Assembly: GCA_000092065.1 (NCBI GenBank)
Contig: CP000593.1
DNA length: 64,000 nucleotides
Strand: one strand, 5' to 3'
Source: Ostreococcus lucimarinus
Lineage: Eukaryota
Shown: positions 19,052 through 28,277 of the stretch, one piece after another
Numbering within the stretch: position 1 is the stretch's first letter
Layout: the number at the start of each line of letters is the position of its first letter
Translations under genes and position numbers: made by a program
The notes under the pieces: model-generated
Seen by the model: the letters and a program-made list of their open reading frames with translations, nothing else
Database searches by the model: none
What the model was told of the DNA's origin: nothing

Positions 19052-21655
19052 TCACGCCGCGAGCTCTGTCGCGAGCGCGCTCAAGAGGACGTCGCACGCG
19101 TCTTTGGACGTCGTCGGCGCGCACATGAGGTAGACGACGTTACCCAGAGGACGCGCTTGGATGGAGTGGGGAAGAAGACGCATGACGACGTCTCGAGCGG
19201 CGTTGGAGCTATAACCACCTTCACCTTCGACCTCGAGCTCGACGGCGAGGACACAACCCTGACCGATGACTCGGCGAACGTTGCTCAAAGTGGAAATTTT
19301 CTTCAACGCGTCCTCGTCCCAGAGCTCGCGAAGCACCGACGTAGGCTCGCCCGTACTCGAAGACTTTGAGACGATCACGTTGCGATTTTTCGCGGGGTCT
19401 TTGTACATAGAAAGCGCTTTCGCCGCCACGGCGCATCCCATGGGGTATGCCGTGTACGAGTGCCCGTGTAACAAGCCCTGGGCTTTTCCAGGGCCGTAAA
19501 AAGCGTCGAAGACATCCGCCGTCGCGAGCGTGGCTGACATGGGAATGAGCCCACCAGTGAGAAGTTTTGCGTAGCACGAAATATCGGGTTTTTCGCCTAT
19601 GATTTCCCACGCACCTTCCGTGCCTAATCGCCAAATGCCAGCAAATACCTCGTCCAAGACGACTGGAATCTTTCGCTCGCGGCACGACTTCATGAGAATG
19701 TTTTGAAACAACGGATCAATCAAAACCATCCCACCTGCACCGTGAAGCACGGGTTCCATGATTAAAGCCCCGACGTGACCCATGTTATTATCCTTGGCGT
19801 CTTTCGCGGCGCGTTCTAAGACTTTGTCGATCGCAATTTTGTATTCTTTTGCGAGCGGGCTGTCGAGACGCGCAGCGATGTTGAAAGCCGCCTCCTTGCT
19901 AGTCCAACTGGTGTTCTCATCCACATCTTTGCCTTCGCGGAAGAGTCGATCGCCGTCGTTCAATAATCCATCACGCGGCAACGCCACGTTCCAACGTCCT
20001 TCTCTGATCGCTAAACTCGGAGGCTGAAGGAACAGTCCGCGAGGTTGGTACCAGGGCGTTTGCATTGGACCCGTAAAAACGCTCGGTGATTGCATATCCA
20101 TCGCACCGAGAGTATCACCGTGATACGAACCATCCAATGCTATTATTCGCAGCGGAGGTAAGTCATCGGCTCCTTTGTTGACGAGATCTTTCGCTCTCTG
20201 ATTGCCGTCTTTAGACACAAAGCCTGCGTCGACGTAAAACTTGCGAAAAGCCATTTTCAACCCAACCTCTGTCGCAGTCGATCCGTTGTCGGAATAAAAT
20301 GCTCTAGCTGCCCAACCTTTCCCAGGTCCTTCTAATAATGCCGTCGTCGCGTCCACGGCGGGCTGGTGCACGTTTTCTGGAAACATCGCGTGCCCGAATC
20401 GTCCCGCCGCATGCGTCGCGGTGCGAACCAACTCTTGCTGCAATTCTGGACTCAAACCTTGCGTCCACCAACTCGCTGAACCATCAAAGCGAAGTACTAT
20501 GGAGCCATCTTTCGATGAGTGCGTGTTTTGGGCGTAGATTGCGAAATCTTCACCATATCTCCCATCGATCACCGTGACGGCGTCGCGCTCCACCATCGCG
20601 TGCTGCGTAAACGGCCACCAAATCTTCGTCAGAGCCTCGTCTGGAAGACTTTGCAGAGTTTTGATGCGATCGTCGTGCCATTTTGTGATGTATTTCAGTA
20701 AATCGTCGAACGTGTGCTTTGAGTCTTCGAGCCAAGCGTCCGCTTGTCCTTCTGGGGGCAGAGGCGGAAGCGCCCAGACGCGGGTTTCGCTCGGCAAAAT
20801 CTTTGCCATGGCTTTGTGATTGGCCAAACCATCATCGTCCGCCATGACGATGGCGACGATGTCGTACCCTCTCGCGTGCAGTGATTCGTACGCGGCCGTG
20901 GTGGCAGATATCCCGCCCAAACGCCCGTCACCCACGAGTATGGCTGGCAATCGTAGCCCGCGCAAAAGCTCGCATTGCAGCGTTCCCGACGGCCCCGGAC
21001 TCGCCACCCCTCCCGCGGTTTCGACGAGCGCCAACGCTCGCTGCTGCCCCGATTCGTTCGCTCGCATTTTTTCCGCGAATTCTCTCAAATATCTCGACGT
21101 CGCTCGCACGATGTCATCGTCTAAAACGCCTCTCCCCTCCTCCGCCGCGCTCACGTGCGGCCCCGCGGGGCGTCGCCACGCAAACTCGGTGTGCGCCCAC
21201 GCCCCTCGATCGCCCTCTAATCCTTTCCTCGCCGTTTCTCCCGCCGCCACCGCCGCGTGTTCGCCCATGCTCTCCACGCCACCGCTCACGCGCGCCACGA
21301 ACGCGGCGTCTGAATCTTCTGGGAATCCCGTCTGCACGGGTTTCACGAAGAGCGTCCCCGCCTCCGCGCTCCGCGCCGCGCGCGCCAGTCCTCCCGACAC
21401 CAGCGTCTTCCCGACCGCGGTGTTCGCCCCCCACACCGCGAACGCGGCGCACGTCAGTTCGACGTCCCGCGCCGCCCGCGTCGCCAGCGCGCGGCGTCCC
21501 GCGTCCCGCTCGACCCGTCGCTCGCGCGCGCGCGGTAACCGCCGCGCCGTCGTCGTCGTCGTCGTCGTCGTCGTCGCGCCCGTCGTCGCGCCCGTCGTCG
21601 CGCCCGCGCATCGTCGCGCGAGCGCGCGCATCGCGTCGCGTCGTCCGCCTCGCAT
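19052..21655 (-). CDS. BIO3-BIO1: bifunctional dethiobiotin synthetase / DAPA aminotransferase (plant-type BIO3-BIO1, BioD-BioA fusion)
   Basis: The N-terminal half has the DTBS P-loop FAVWGANTAVGKTLVSGGL...KPVQTG. The C-terminal half is a class-III aminotransferase (WWPFTQH...GSYHGDT...VLDEVFAGIWRLG). The ORF extends to 22021, but that extension overlaps the CSN7 gene. The first sensible ATG is 21655-21653 (MRGGRRDAMRALARR). Confidence 0.85.
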   Translation of the reverse strand: MRGGRRDAMRALARRCAGATTGATTGATTTTTTTTTARRLPRARERRVERDAGRRALATRAARDVELTCAAFAVWGANTAVGKTLVSGGLARAARSAEAGTLFVKPVQTGFPEDSDAAFVARVSGGVESMGEHAAVAAGETARKGLEGDRGAWAHTEFAWRRPAGPHVSAAEEGRGVLDDDIVRATSRYLREFAEKMRANESGQQRALALVETAGGVASPGPSGTLQCELLRGLRLPAILVGDGRLGGISATTAAYESLHARGYDIVAIVMADDDGLANHKAMAKILPSETRVWALPPLPPEGQADAWLEDSKHTFDDLLKYITKWHDDRIKTLQSLPDEALTKIWWPFTQHAMVERDAVTVIDGRYGEDFAIYAQNTHSSKDGSIVLRFDGSASWWTQGLSPELQQELVRTATHAAGRFGHAMFPENVHQPAVDATTALLEGPGKGWAARAFYSDNGSTATEVGLKMAFRKFYVDAGFVSKDGNQRAKDLVNKGADDLPPLRIIALDGSYHGDTLGAMDMQSPSVFTGPMQTPWYQPRGLFLQPPSLAIREGRWNVALPRDGLLNDGDRLFREGKDVDENTSWTSKEAAFNIAARLDSPLAKEYKIAIDKVLERAAKDAKDNNMGHVGALIMEPVLHGAGGMVLIDPLFQNILMKSCRERKIPVVLDEVFAGIWRLGTEGAWEIIGEKPDISCYAKLLTGGLIPMSATLATADVFDAFYGPGKAQGLLHGHSYTAYPMGCAVAAKALSMYKDPAKNRNVIVSKSSSTGEPTSVLRELWDEDALKKISTLSNVRRVIGQGCVLAVELEVEGEGGYSSNAARDVVMRLLPHSIQARPLGNVVYLMCAPTTSKDACDVLLSALATELAA
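21547..21609. repeat. (CGT)9 followed by a 12-bp repeat (cgcgcccgtcgt) x~3, inside the BIO3-BIO1 presequence
   Basis: On the coding (minus) strand this encodes GATTGATTGATTTTTTTTT. The units were read directly from the sequence. Confidence 0.85.
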
Positions 21656-21787
21656 CGCCCTCGACCGCGCCGACGTCGCGATGTGACCGCGGAGAGAAGA
21701 ATGGATGCGTGGATGGATGGATGAACAGATGGCGCGATTGGGATTCGGGGCCGATCGATCGACACTCGCGCGCGTCGTTCGCTCGCG

Positions 21788-22564
21788 ATGCGCGCCGACG
21801 ACGAGGACGATGCGATGGCGTCGATGACGCCCGACGACGGCGCGGTGACGCGGTGCGCGACGTCGATCGCGACGACGAAGACGCTCGATCGCGACGCGCT
21901 CGGCGAGGCGCTCGAGGCGCGCGACGCGATGCGCGTGACGAAGATACTGCACGCCATGGAGCGCACGGAGGGGTTCGAGTGCGCGGCGGAGGTGCGCGCG
22001 ATGGTGGAAATATTCGCGCACGGCACGCTGCGCGAATATCGCGCGCGAGCGGCAAACGAAAAGTTGCCGACGCTGACGACGCGCGAGGAGGCGAAACTGA
22101 AGCGACTGTCGACGTGCGCGCTGTGCGCGGAGGGAGGGACGATCGCGTACGTACGATTGATGCGAGAGCTGGAGTTCACGAGCGAACGCGCGATGGAAAA
22201 GTTCATCGTCGACGAGTGCCTGGGAGAAATCGTGTGGGGAAGGCTCGATCCGAAAAATAAAGTTTTACGGGTTCGACGCGCGAAGGCGAGAGACGCGCGA
22301 GCGAGCGCGCTCGACGGCGTCATCGCGGACGTCTCGCGGTGGCACGCGATAACGGAAACGATGTTGGCGAGTTTGAATGAGCAAATTGCGTACGTGTCGA
22401 GTGAAAAAGCGGAATCACTGGCGCGCGAGGACGAGCTCAACGCCGCGATAGAGGAGACGAAGAAACAACTCAAAGCCGCCGAGCCGGACGTCGCCGAGCG
22501 CGTCGACGAGGACGAGGACATGGACGAGGACGGTCCGAGCACGGGCGTGAAACGAAGACGATAG
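21788..22564 (+). CDS. CSN7: COP9 signalosome subunit 7 (PCI-domain protein)
   Basis: ATG verified at 21788. VEIFAHGTLREYRARAANEKLPTLTTREEAKLKRLSTCALCAEGGTIAYVRLMRELEF...FIVDECLGEIVWGRLDPKNKVLRV matches the CSN7 PCI core. It also has a coiled-coil tail and an acidic C-terminus. Confidence 0.75.
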   Translation: MRADDEDDAMASMTPDDGAVTRCATSIATTKTLDRDALGEALEARDAMRVTKILHAMERTEGFECAAEVRAMVEIFAHGTLREYRARAANEKLPTLTTREEAKLKRLSTCALCAEGGTIAYVRLMRELEFTSERAMEKFIVDECLGEIVWGRLDPKNKVLRVRRAKARDARASALDGVIADVSRWHAITETMLASLNEQIAYVSSEKAESLAREDELNAAIEETKKQLKAAEPDVAERVDEDEDMDEDGPSTGVKRRR

Positions 22565-22712
22565 CTACGTCACGATTAGATGCGGCGCGATGATGTGTAA
22601 TTTTAGTTGAATGCGCGTTTAGGAATTTGGTTTGAGCAGGCGTTGCTTCGTTCAATTACACAGTCTCGCTATTTGCTAAGAACGTGAACGAAAGCCAGTA
22701 AGCGTGAGCCGC

Positions 22713-23986
22713 TTACATCATGCCGGTGCCCACGGAACCGACCGACCAAACGCGAATGACGTTATCGGTGTAGCCCGTGTAGAGGGTGGAACCGTCCGCC
22801 GACCATTGGAGGGAGGTGCAGTACGGTTGTTGGGACTTCTTGCCAACCGGCGGGAACTCCGGGCGGAGCTCGTCGACGATGGACTTGGATTCGAGGTCCC
22901 AAATCTTGACGCAGGACTCGGTCGCCGCGCACAACCAGTAGCGGTTGGGGGAGAAGCACAAGCCGTAAATGATGTCACCCGCATCGAGGGAGTACAATCG
23001 CTTGCCCTCGCCGAGATCCCAAAGCATGGCGACGCCATCCTTGCCGCCGGAGGCGCACAAGGAACCGTCCGGAGAGACGGTGACGGCGTTGATGTAGCCG
23101 GTGTGACCAACAAGGTTGGTGCGAATCTTGCAGTTGGTGAGGTTCCAGACCTTGACGAGCTTATCCCAGCCCCCAGACACGATGATCGGGTTGGAGGTGA
23201 CCGGGGAGAAGCGCACGCACGACACCCACTCGGAGTGCGCGTCGGCGTCTTGAATCGTGTACTTGCACTCGCCGAGCGTGTTCCACAACTTGATCGTCTT
23301 ATCCCGGGAGCCGGAGACGATTTGGCGGTTGTCCACGGAGAAAGCCACCGAAAGGACATCCTTGGTGTGTCCGACAAAGCGTCGGGTGGTGGTACCGGTG
23401 TTAAGGTCCCACAATCGAAGGGTGCCGTCCCAAGACCCCGAGAGCGCGAATTGCCCGTCCGAGGAGATGACGACGTCTTGCACGAAGTGCGAGTGTCCGT
23501 GAAGCGATCGGCGCGGGTAACCGTAGTTCTCTTCCTCGCGCGTCAGGTTCCAAAGGATCACCGTCTTGTCTCGCGAGGACGACAAGAGAATGTCAGAGTT
23601 ATCCAACGGAGTCGCGATGGACGTGACCCAGTTTTCGTGCCTGCGCGGAAATGAAAAAAACGTGTGGGTTAGTGTCGTCGTTCGACGTCGTGATCGAGCT
23701 CGTCGAGCTCGAGTCCGTTTCGCGTGAACGGTCACGCGCTCGAGACGACGCGCGTTCGACGCGTGAAATAATCATCGCACGAACGCGTCGCCGTCGTCGC
23801 GCGTCCCATCGCCGCGCGCCGCCGCCGCGAGCGTCAACGTCCGCCTCGTTCGATGGCGCAGACCCTATTCCACGAACGATCGGTTCGCCGCGCGTTCGCC
23901 GTCGACGCGACGCGACGCGCGCTCGGATCATCGATTCGCGCGACGCACCCCTTGAGCACGCCTCTGAGCTGCATTTGAGTCGCCAT
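22713..23986 (-). CDS. RACK1: RACK1 (receptor for activated C kinase 1, WD40 ribosomal scaffold), two exons
   Basis: Structure: join(23986..23949, 23640..22713), 321 aa. Exon 1 encodes [13 protein letters not shown], and exon 2 continues [16 protein letters not shown]...[17 protein letters not shown]...[31 protein letters not shown]. The unspliced ORF start at 23735 gives a non-homologous N-terminus. Confidence 0.9.
23641..23948 (-). other. spliceosomal intron of RACK1 (308 nt)
   Basis: Read on the minus strand: AAGGG|gtgcgtcgcgcg...cactaacccacacgtttttttcatttccgcgcag|GCACGAA. Exons of 38 + 928 nt sum to 966, which is divisible by 3. Confidence 0.85.
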
Positions 23987-24127
23987 GTCGCGCGTCGAAC
24001 GCGTCGCGTAGAGGCGGACGTCGTCGCGCGCGCCATCCACCCGGTCGCGCGCGCGGGTGATTGTGATGGTCCGTGTGTTTGACACCGCGGGCGGTCTCAC
24101 GACGTCCCGACGCGCGCGGTCGTTTCA

Positions 24128-24133
<6 letters not shown>

Positions 24134-24178
<45 letters not shown>
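24134..24178. repeat. (GAC)15 trinucleotide microsatellite in the RACK1-ADA2 divergent spacer
   Basis: A perfect run of gac units, counted directly from 24134 to 24178. Confidence 0.95.
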
Positions 24179-24180
<2 letters not shown>

Positions 24181-24307
24181 GCGCGAGTCGCGCGTGAACG
24201 CACGCGAGTGAGCGCGCGCACGACCGTCGAGGACGCGCGCGACGGGAACGCGGACGCGGAGGTAACGCGACGCATCGGCATCGGCGTTCGGCATCGCATT
24301 CGGCGCC

Positions 24308-25954
24308 ATGGCGAGCGCGCTCGTGCCGAAACGGCGACGGGTGGCGACGGAAAACGCGATGACGAAGCTGAGTGGGAACGGGGAGTCGTGCGCACTGTTT
24401 AACTGTAACTATTGCCAAAAGGACATCTCGAACGTGGTGCGCGTACGGTGCGCGGAGTGCGCAAACGTGGATCTGTGCACGGAGTGCTTCGCGGTCGGCG
24501 TGGAGCCGCACCCGCACAAGGCGTATCATCAGTATCACGTCATCGACAACATGTCGTTTCCGCTGTTCACGCGAGATTGGGGGGCTGACGAAGAGTTGTT
24601 ATTGCTGGAGGCAGTGGAGATGTTCGGGTTGGGGAACTGGACCGAGGTGAGCGAACACGTCGGGACGAAGACGCGCGCGCAGTGTCACGCGCACTATTTT
24701 GAAGTCTACGTCAAGTCTCCTTGCGCGCCGTTACCGGATATGTCGAAGATTTTAGGAAAAGGCGTCGCGCGTATGACATCAGACGAGCTCAAAGCGGAGG
24801 CGGAGCAAAAGGCGAACGAAAATAAGGATGTGGAGGAGGAGGAGAAGCTTCTCGAATCGCTTGCTAACCCGAACGCAGTGAAGACGGAGGGCAACGTGCA
24901 GGAACTCACAGGTTACAACATCAAGCGCAATGAGTTCGATCCCGAATACGACATGGATGCCGAACTTCCCCTGGCGGAGATGGAATTTCGCGAAAACGAC
25001 ACCGAAGAAGACGTCCAGATGAAGCTGCGAATGATTGAAATCTACAACAGCCGGCTTCAAGAACGAGCGAGAAGAAAACAATTCATTCTCGAACGCAATC
25101 TGCTGAACGTGAAAAAGCAACAAAACGTGGAAAAGAAGCGTTCACAATACGAGCGCGACTTACACGGCACCATGCGTATATTTGCACGCTTTCTCACGAG
25201 TACCGAGTACGACGTCTTGCTCGAGGGTCTCGCCGCGGAGCACCGAATCCGAACCCGCATCACCGAACTGAAAGAGTACAGACGCAATGGTATTCATACC
25301 ATCGCAGAGGGCGAGGATTACGATTTGGAGAAGCGTCGTCGTGAGACGGAGTTCGCTCGTCTACACGCGATCGAGCATCCAACTAGCAAGAACATAGCCA
25401 GAGCGAACAAGTTCATCGTGCGAGATGCCACACAAATCAATGAGCAGTTGACTCGCATGAACGACGAAGACAAGACGGTATCCGTGATCCCGACGCCTCG
25501 TACGTCGAGCTTAGGTCCTCGCCGTCGAATGTACTTGTCACTTGATCTCGCCGATCTTCCAGGCGTAGACCTTTTGAACGACGACGAAAAGGAGTTGTGC
25601 AGGAGCTGTCGCTTATTGCCTGTGCAGTATCTCTCGATGAAGGTGGAGTTGATGCGAGAGGGTCTCAAGTCCGAAAAGCCGCTCAACAGAAATCACGTTC
25701 GGAATATGTTCAAAGTAGACCCACTCAAGGCTATTCGTGTGTATGAGTTACTCCTACAGCACGGCTGGGTGTTGGAAGACGGCTTCGTGAACCCAGGTGA
25801 GGATGAAGACTCCGAACCTGCGCCGAAAAAGTCAGCCAGCGCAGACGAGGAGGAAGACGAGGAGGACGATGAAGTAGATTACGAAACCGACGATAACGAC
25901 GAAGACGAGGACGAGGAAGACGACGAGGAAGAGGATAGCGAGGAAGACGATTAG
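24308..25954 (+). CDS. ADA2: transcriptional adaptor ADA2 (ZZ finger, SANT, SWIRM)
   Basis: ATG verified at 24308. ZZ finger: CNYCQKDISNVVRVRCAECANVDLCTECF...HPHKAYHQY. SANT: WGADEELLLLEAVEMFGLGNWTEVSEHVGTKTRAQCHAHY. C-terminal SWIRM: LLNDDEKELCRSCRLLPVQYLSMK. The tail is acidic. Confidence 0.85.
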   Translation: MASALVPKRRRVATENAMTKLSGNGESCALFNCNYCQKDISNVVRVRCAECANVDLCTECFAVGVEPHPHKAYHQYHVIDNMSFPLFTRDWGADEELLLLEAVEMFGLGNWTEVSEHVGTKTRAQCHAHYFEVYVKSPCAPLPDMSKILGKGVARMTSDELKAEAEQKANENKDVEEEEKLLESLANPNAVKTEGNVQELTGYNIKRNEFDPEYDMDAELPLAEMEFRENDTEEDVQMKLRMIEIYNSRLQERARRKQFILERNLLNVKKQQNVEKKRSQYERDLHGTMRIFARFLTSTEYDVLLEGLAAEHRIRTRITELKEYRRNGIHTIAEGEDYDLEKRRRETEFARLHAIEHPTSKNIARANKFIVRDATQINEQLTRMNDEDKTVSVIPTPRTSSLGPRRRMYLSLDLADLPGVDLLNDDEKELCRSCRLLPVQYLSMKVELMREGLKSEKPLNRNHVRNMFKVDPLKAIRVYELLLQHGWVLEDGFVNPGEDEDSEPAPKKSASADEEEDEEDDEVDYETDDNDEDEDEEDDEEEDSEEDD

Positions 25955-26072
25955 CATGAGACGTTTTCTCCTCATTAGATTTTACAGTGCTGTAGTGACA
26001 TATGACGGGAGTCATTTATTATTAATTTTTTCCCCAGCGTAGAAGCGATCGCCCCGTGCTGCCTGTCGTCTA

Positions 26073-27905
26073 CTACGTGAATTTCACTCTGTTTTGAGGG
26101 TCCATGCTTTCTTTGATTCCACGATACACCAATCCAAGCGAACGGCCTGCGTTAGAGAGAGTAAGTCGATGCACAAAATAATTAATTTCAAACGCACCAA
26201 TTAATGTCACCAGTAACCAAGAAGCCACCCGGCTGCAGTTGTTCAGTGCGCTTCTGAACAAGGGAAGGCTCACATCAGCGAGTTCTATTATCATAGAAAC
26301 AGCTAAACGAAATCCCTTCACCTTTGCGAGCTCTGGCTGGCGACAAACGTGAATTTTCCTCGTCACGAGCTGTGTGAAAAATAATTAATTTCAGCGACAA
26401 ATTAAAAAATTAATTCAAACGCGCCGTCGCGCGGAGATACGTACCTCGCCGTTTGCATTCATGCCCCACAATTTATGCCAATCTTCGTACATCGCGACCA
26501 CGTCGTAATAATTGCGTGCAAGCCACGTGCGCAATGATGTTTCATTTCGAAATTTTTCCAACGAACGTGTGCTCTTCAAGCGAACGCTCAACGCGTCTCT
26601 GAACGGTGGAATGCGCACGACCGCTCCTGTGTCCTCCGTACGTGCGACTCCACCATTTACAGGCGCTTGTAGCCCGCTTTCACGCGCACACGTCACGTAA
26701 GCACACGCCACGGAGTCGGCAATATTTAATACCACGTCCTGCAAAACCGAAACGCACACCGAAGCCATAGGAGAATTGAAGAATTCCAGCACCGGTTCGA
26801 CGTCTTGAGTGTTAATTTTCGTCGATTTCTCAACGACTTGAACGCTTTCGGAAATATTGTCCGTTCGATTGGAGTTCTGCGATGATTGAAATAATTCAGA
26901 ATAATTAAATAAATATTTGTGAAGCTCAGCGAAAGTTAGACGTACCTTGGCCAAATACATCATCACTCCGGCATACAAAGCCATCTTACTTCCTTCAAGT
27001 ATTTCTCCTGTGAAAAACGCGATCAGCTCGGTCGAAGACGAAAGCGAGATCATACGTACCGTTCTGCCAAATTTTTTCATCGGCCACGTCTCCGGCCACG
27101 CGAACCACCCGAGCGCACCGCTCCTTGGCGCCGATGTCAAGCGCCATCGAATTCATCCAATCATTCGCGGAGACCCTAGCCACTGTTTGAATGAGTTCAC
27201 GCAAGCTTCCGTTGCTCTCTTCTATGTTCTCGAGCCCTTCTTTAAGCGCCAAGAGCACCACCCCTATGAGTTGTGCCCTGGCGCCGTCGTTGAGCGCCTG
27301 CAATTCAAGTTGCGGGGACGTGCCTTCTACCCCGCGTGAGTCCCACCAACCAATCGCTACGACGTCGCCTCCGACACCAGCTAACCCTTGACCCGCGGCG
27401 TGGAATATATCATCTCTTCCCGCGTCGGGCTTAAGCAAACTCTCCACGCGCGCCTGGGTGAGCTCTGCGGCTCGCGTTCTCGAGTTTGTCTTCGCGGCGT
27501 CTAACGACTCGTTTTCCCGCTCGATTTCGACAGTATCGTCGTGTCCAAGCAGTATTGGTAACGCCTTCGATGCCTACGAATGAAAATAAATCGGTCAGCC
27601 TCAATCTTCGTCGCGTTTGCGCTCGTTTGCTTCACCGAGAGCGTGCGGCGAGAGGCAACAAAACCACTCTTGACATCGCTCTGTCGGCGCGCACCGATCG
27701 ATTTTAGGTCCGAATCTCGCGCTTGTCGATAACGTACCCTTTGAACGAACGTCTCCAACCCGTTTCTCGCCGCGTCGACGAGATCGACGCCGATTTGCGC
27801 CCGTCGAACCGTTTCTAACCTGCTCCCGCCGCGACGCCCACGCCATCCTCGGCGCGCCGTCGGTGCGCTCGCGAGCGATCGCGACGACGTCGAAACCGAG
27901 AGCAT
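26073..27905 (-). CDS. six-exon gene for a conserved green-lineage protein (DUF3685-like, name from memory)
   Basis: Structure: join(27905..27738, 27573..27060, 27007..26946, 26876..26445, 26369..26198, 26146..26073), totalling 1422 nt (473 aa). All phases are consistent. The splice pattern joins pieces of ORFs 27501..27983, 26995..27447, 26415..27140 and 26073..26366. The C-terminus ...LKSTRSLEKFRNETSLRTWLARNYYDVVAMYEDWHKLWGMNANGE|LVTRKIHVCRQPELAKVKGF...LVTLIG|RSLGLVYRGIKES resembles DUF3685 proteins. Confidence 0.75.
26147..26197 (-). other. intron 5 (51 nt, AT-rich)
   Basis: TTAATTG|gtgcgtttgaaattaattattttgtgcatcgacttactctctctaacgcag|GCCGTTCG. Phase 1 is restored, yielding ...TLIGRSLGL. 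Confidence 0.8.
26370..26444 (-). other. intron 4 (75 nt, AT-rich)
   Basis: GGCGAG|gtacgtatctcc...ttgaattaattttttaatttgtcgctgaaattaattatttttcacacag|CTCGTG. Confidence 0.8.
26877..26945 (-). other. intron 3 (69 nt, AT-rich)
   Basis: GCCAAG|gtacgtctaactttcgctgagc...tatttatttaattattctgaattatttcaatcatcgcag|AACTCC. Confidence 0.75.
27008..27059 (-). other. intron 2 (52 nt)
   Basis: CAGAACG|gtacgtatgatctcgctttcgtcttcgaccgagctgatcgcgtttttcacag|GAGAAATA. Phase 1 is restored across the splice. Confidence 0.7.
27574..27737 (-). other. intron 1 of the six-exon gene (164 nt)
   Basis: CAAAGG|gtacgttatcg...ggctgaccgatttattttcattcgtag|GCATCG. Exon 1 and exon 2 lie in different frames, and exon 2 has an in-frame TAG just upstream of it. 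Confidence 0.65.
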
Positions 27906-28277
27906 GTTCGTGTGGACGCTTTCGCAAATTTCGCCGCGCGCTGTGACGCGCGCGCGGTCTCGCGCTCTGGTTCGGCGCTTCAACGGTCGCCACGAACGTC
28001 GCTTCGTTCGCGCGCGCGGCGCGCGGGGGCCGACGCGGCGTTTATCGCGCGCGTACCGTGTTTGCAGATAGTTCTAAATTGTCTTTGAGTGCGTGATTTT
28101 TCGACGACGATTTCGTAGGGTTGCGCGCCCTCGAGACGCCCACGAAATCGCTCGACGCGCGTTCGTTTTGGCGTTCGTTCGTTCGAAATCGACTCGACGC
28201 GCGTCCACGTCGACCGCGCGCGTGATCGGCGGTGCGCCCGCAGACGGACGCGCGCGGCGCGCGTGCGGACGAATATC

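Noticed and set aside
20820-22542. ORFs 20820..21686(+), 20881..22260(+), 21114..22055(-) and 21454..22542(-), and the 5' extension of ORF 19052..22021.
   Set aside because: They overlap the BIO3-BIO1 and CSN7 coding regions in other frames or strands and are low complexity. The extension of the BIO3-BIO1 ORF beyond 21655 runs antisense through CSN7.
23641-23948. A possible intronic snoRNA in the RACK1 intron, since RACK1 introns host snoRNAs in animals.
   Set aside because: There are only imperfect C-box-like strings (cgatgatcc, gcgatgatta). There is no CUGA D box near the 3' end and no terminal stem that I could find.
27008-27140. The frame-B reading MTSAPRSGALGWFAWPETWPMKKFGRTVRMISLSSSTELIAFFTG at the 5' end of ORF 26415..27140.
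   Set aside because: This apparent overlap or frameshift is resolved by the 52-nt intron 27008..27059. The frame of ORF 26995..27447 is used up to the gtacgt donor, so this segment is not translated.
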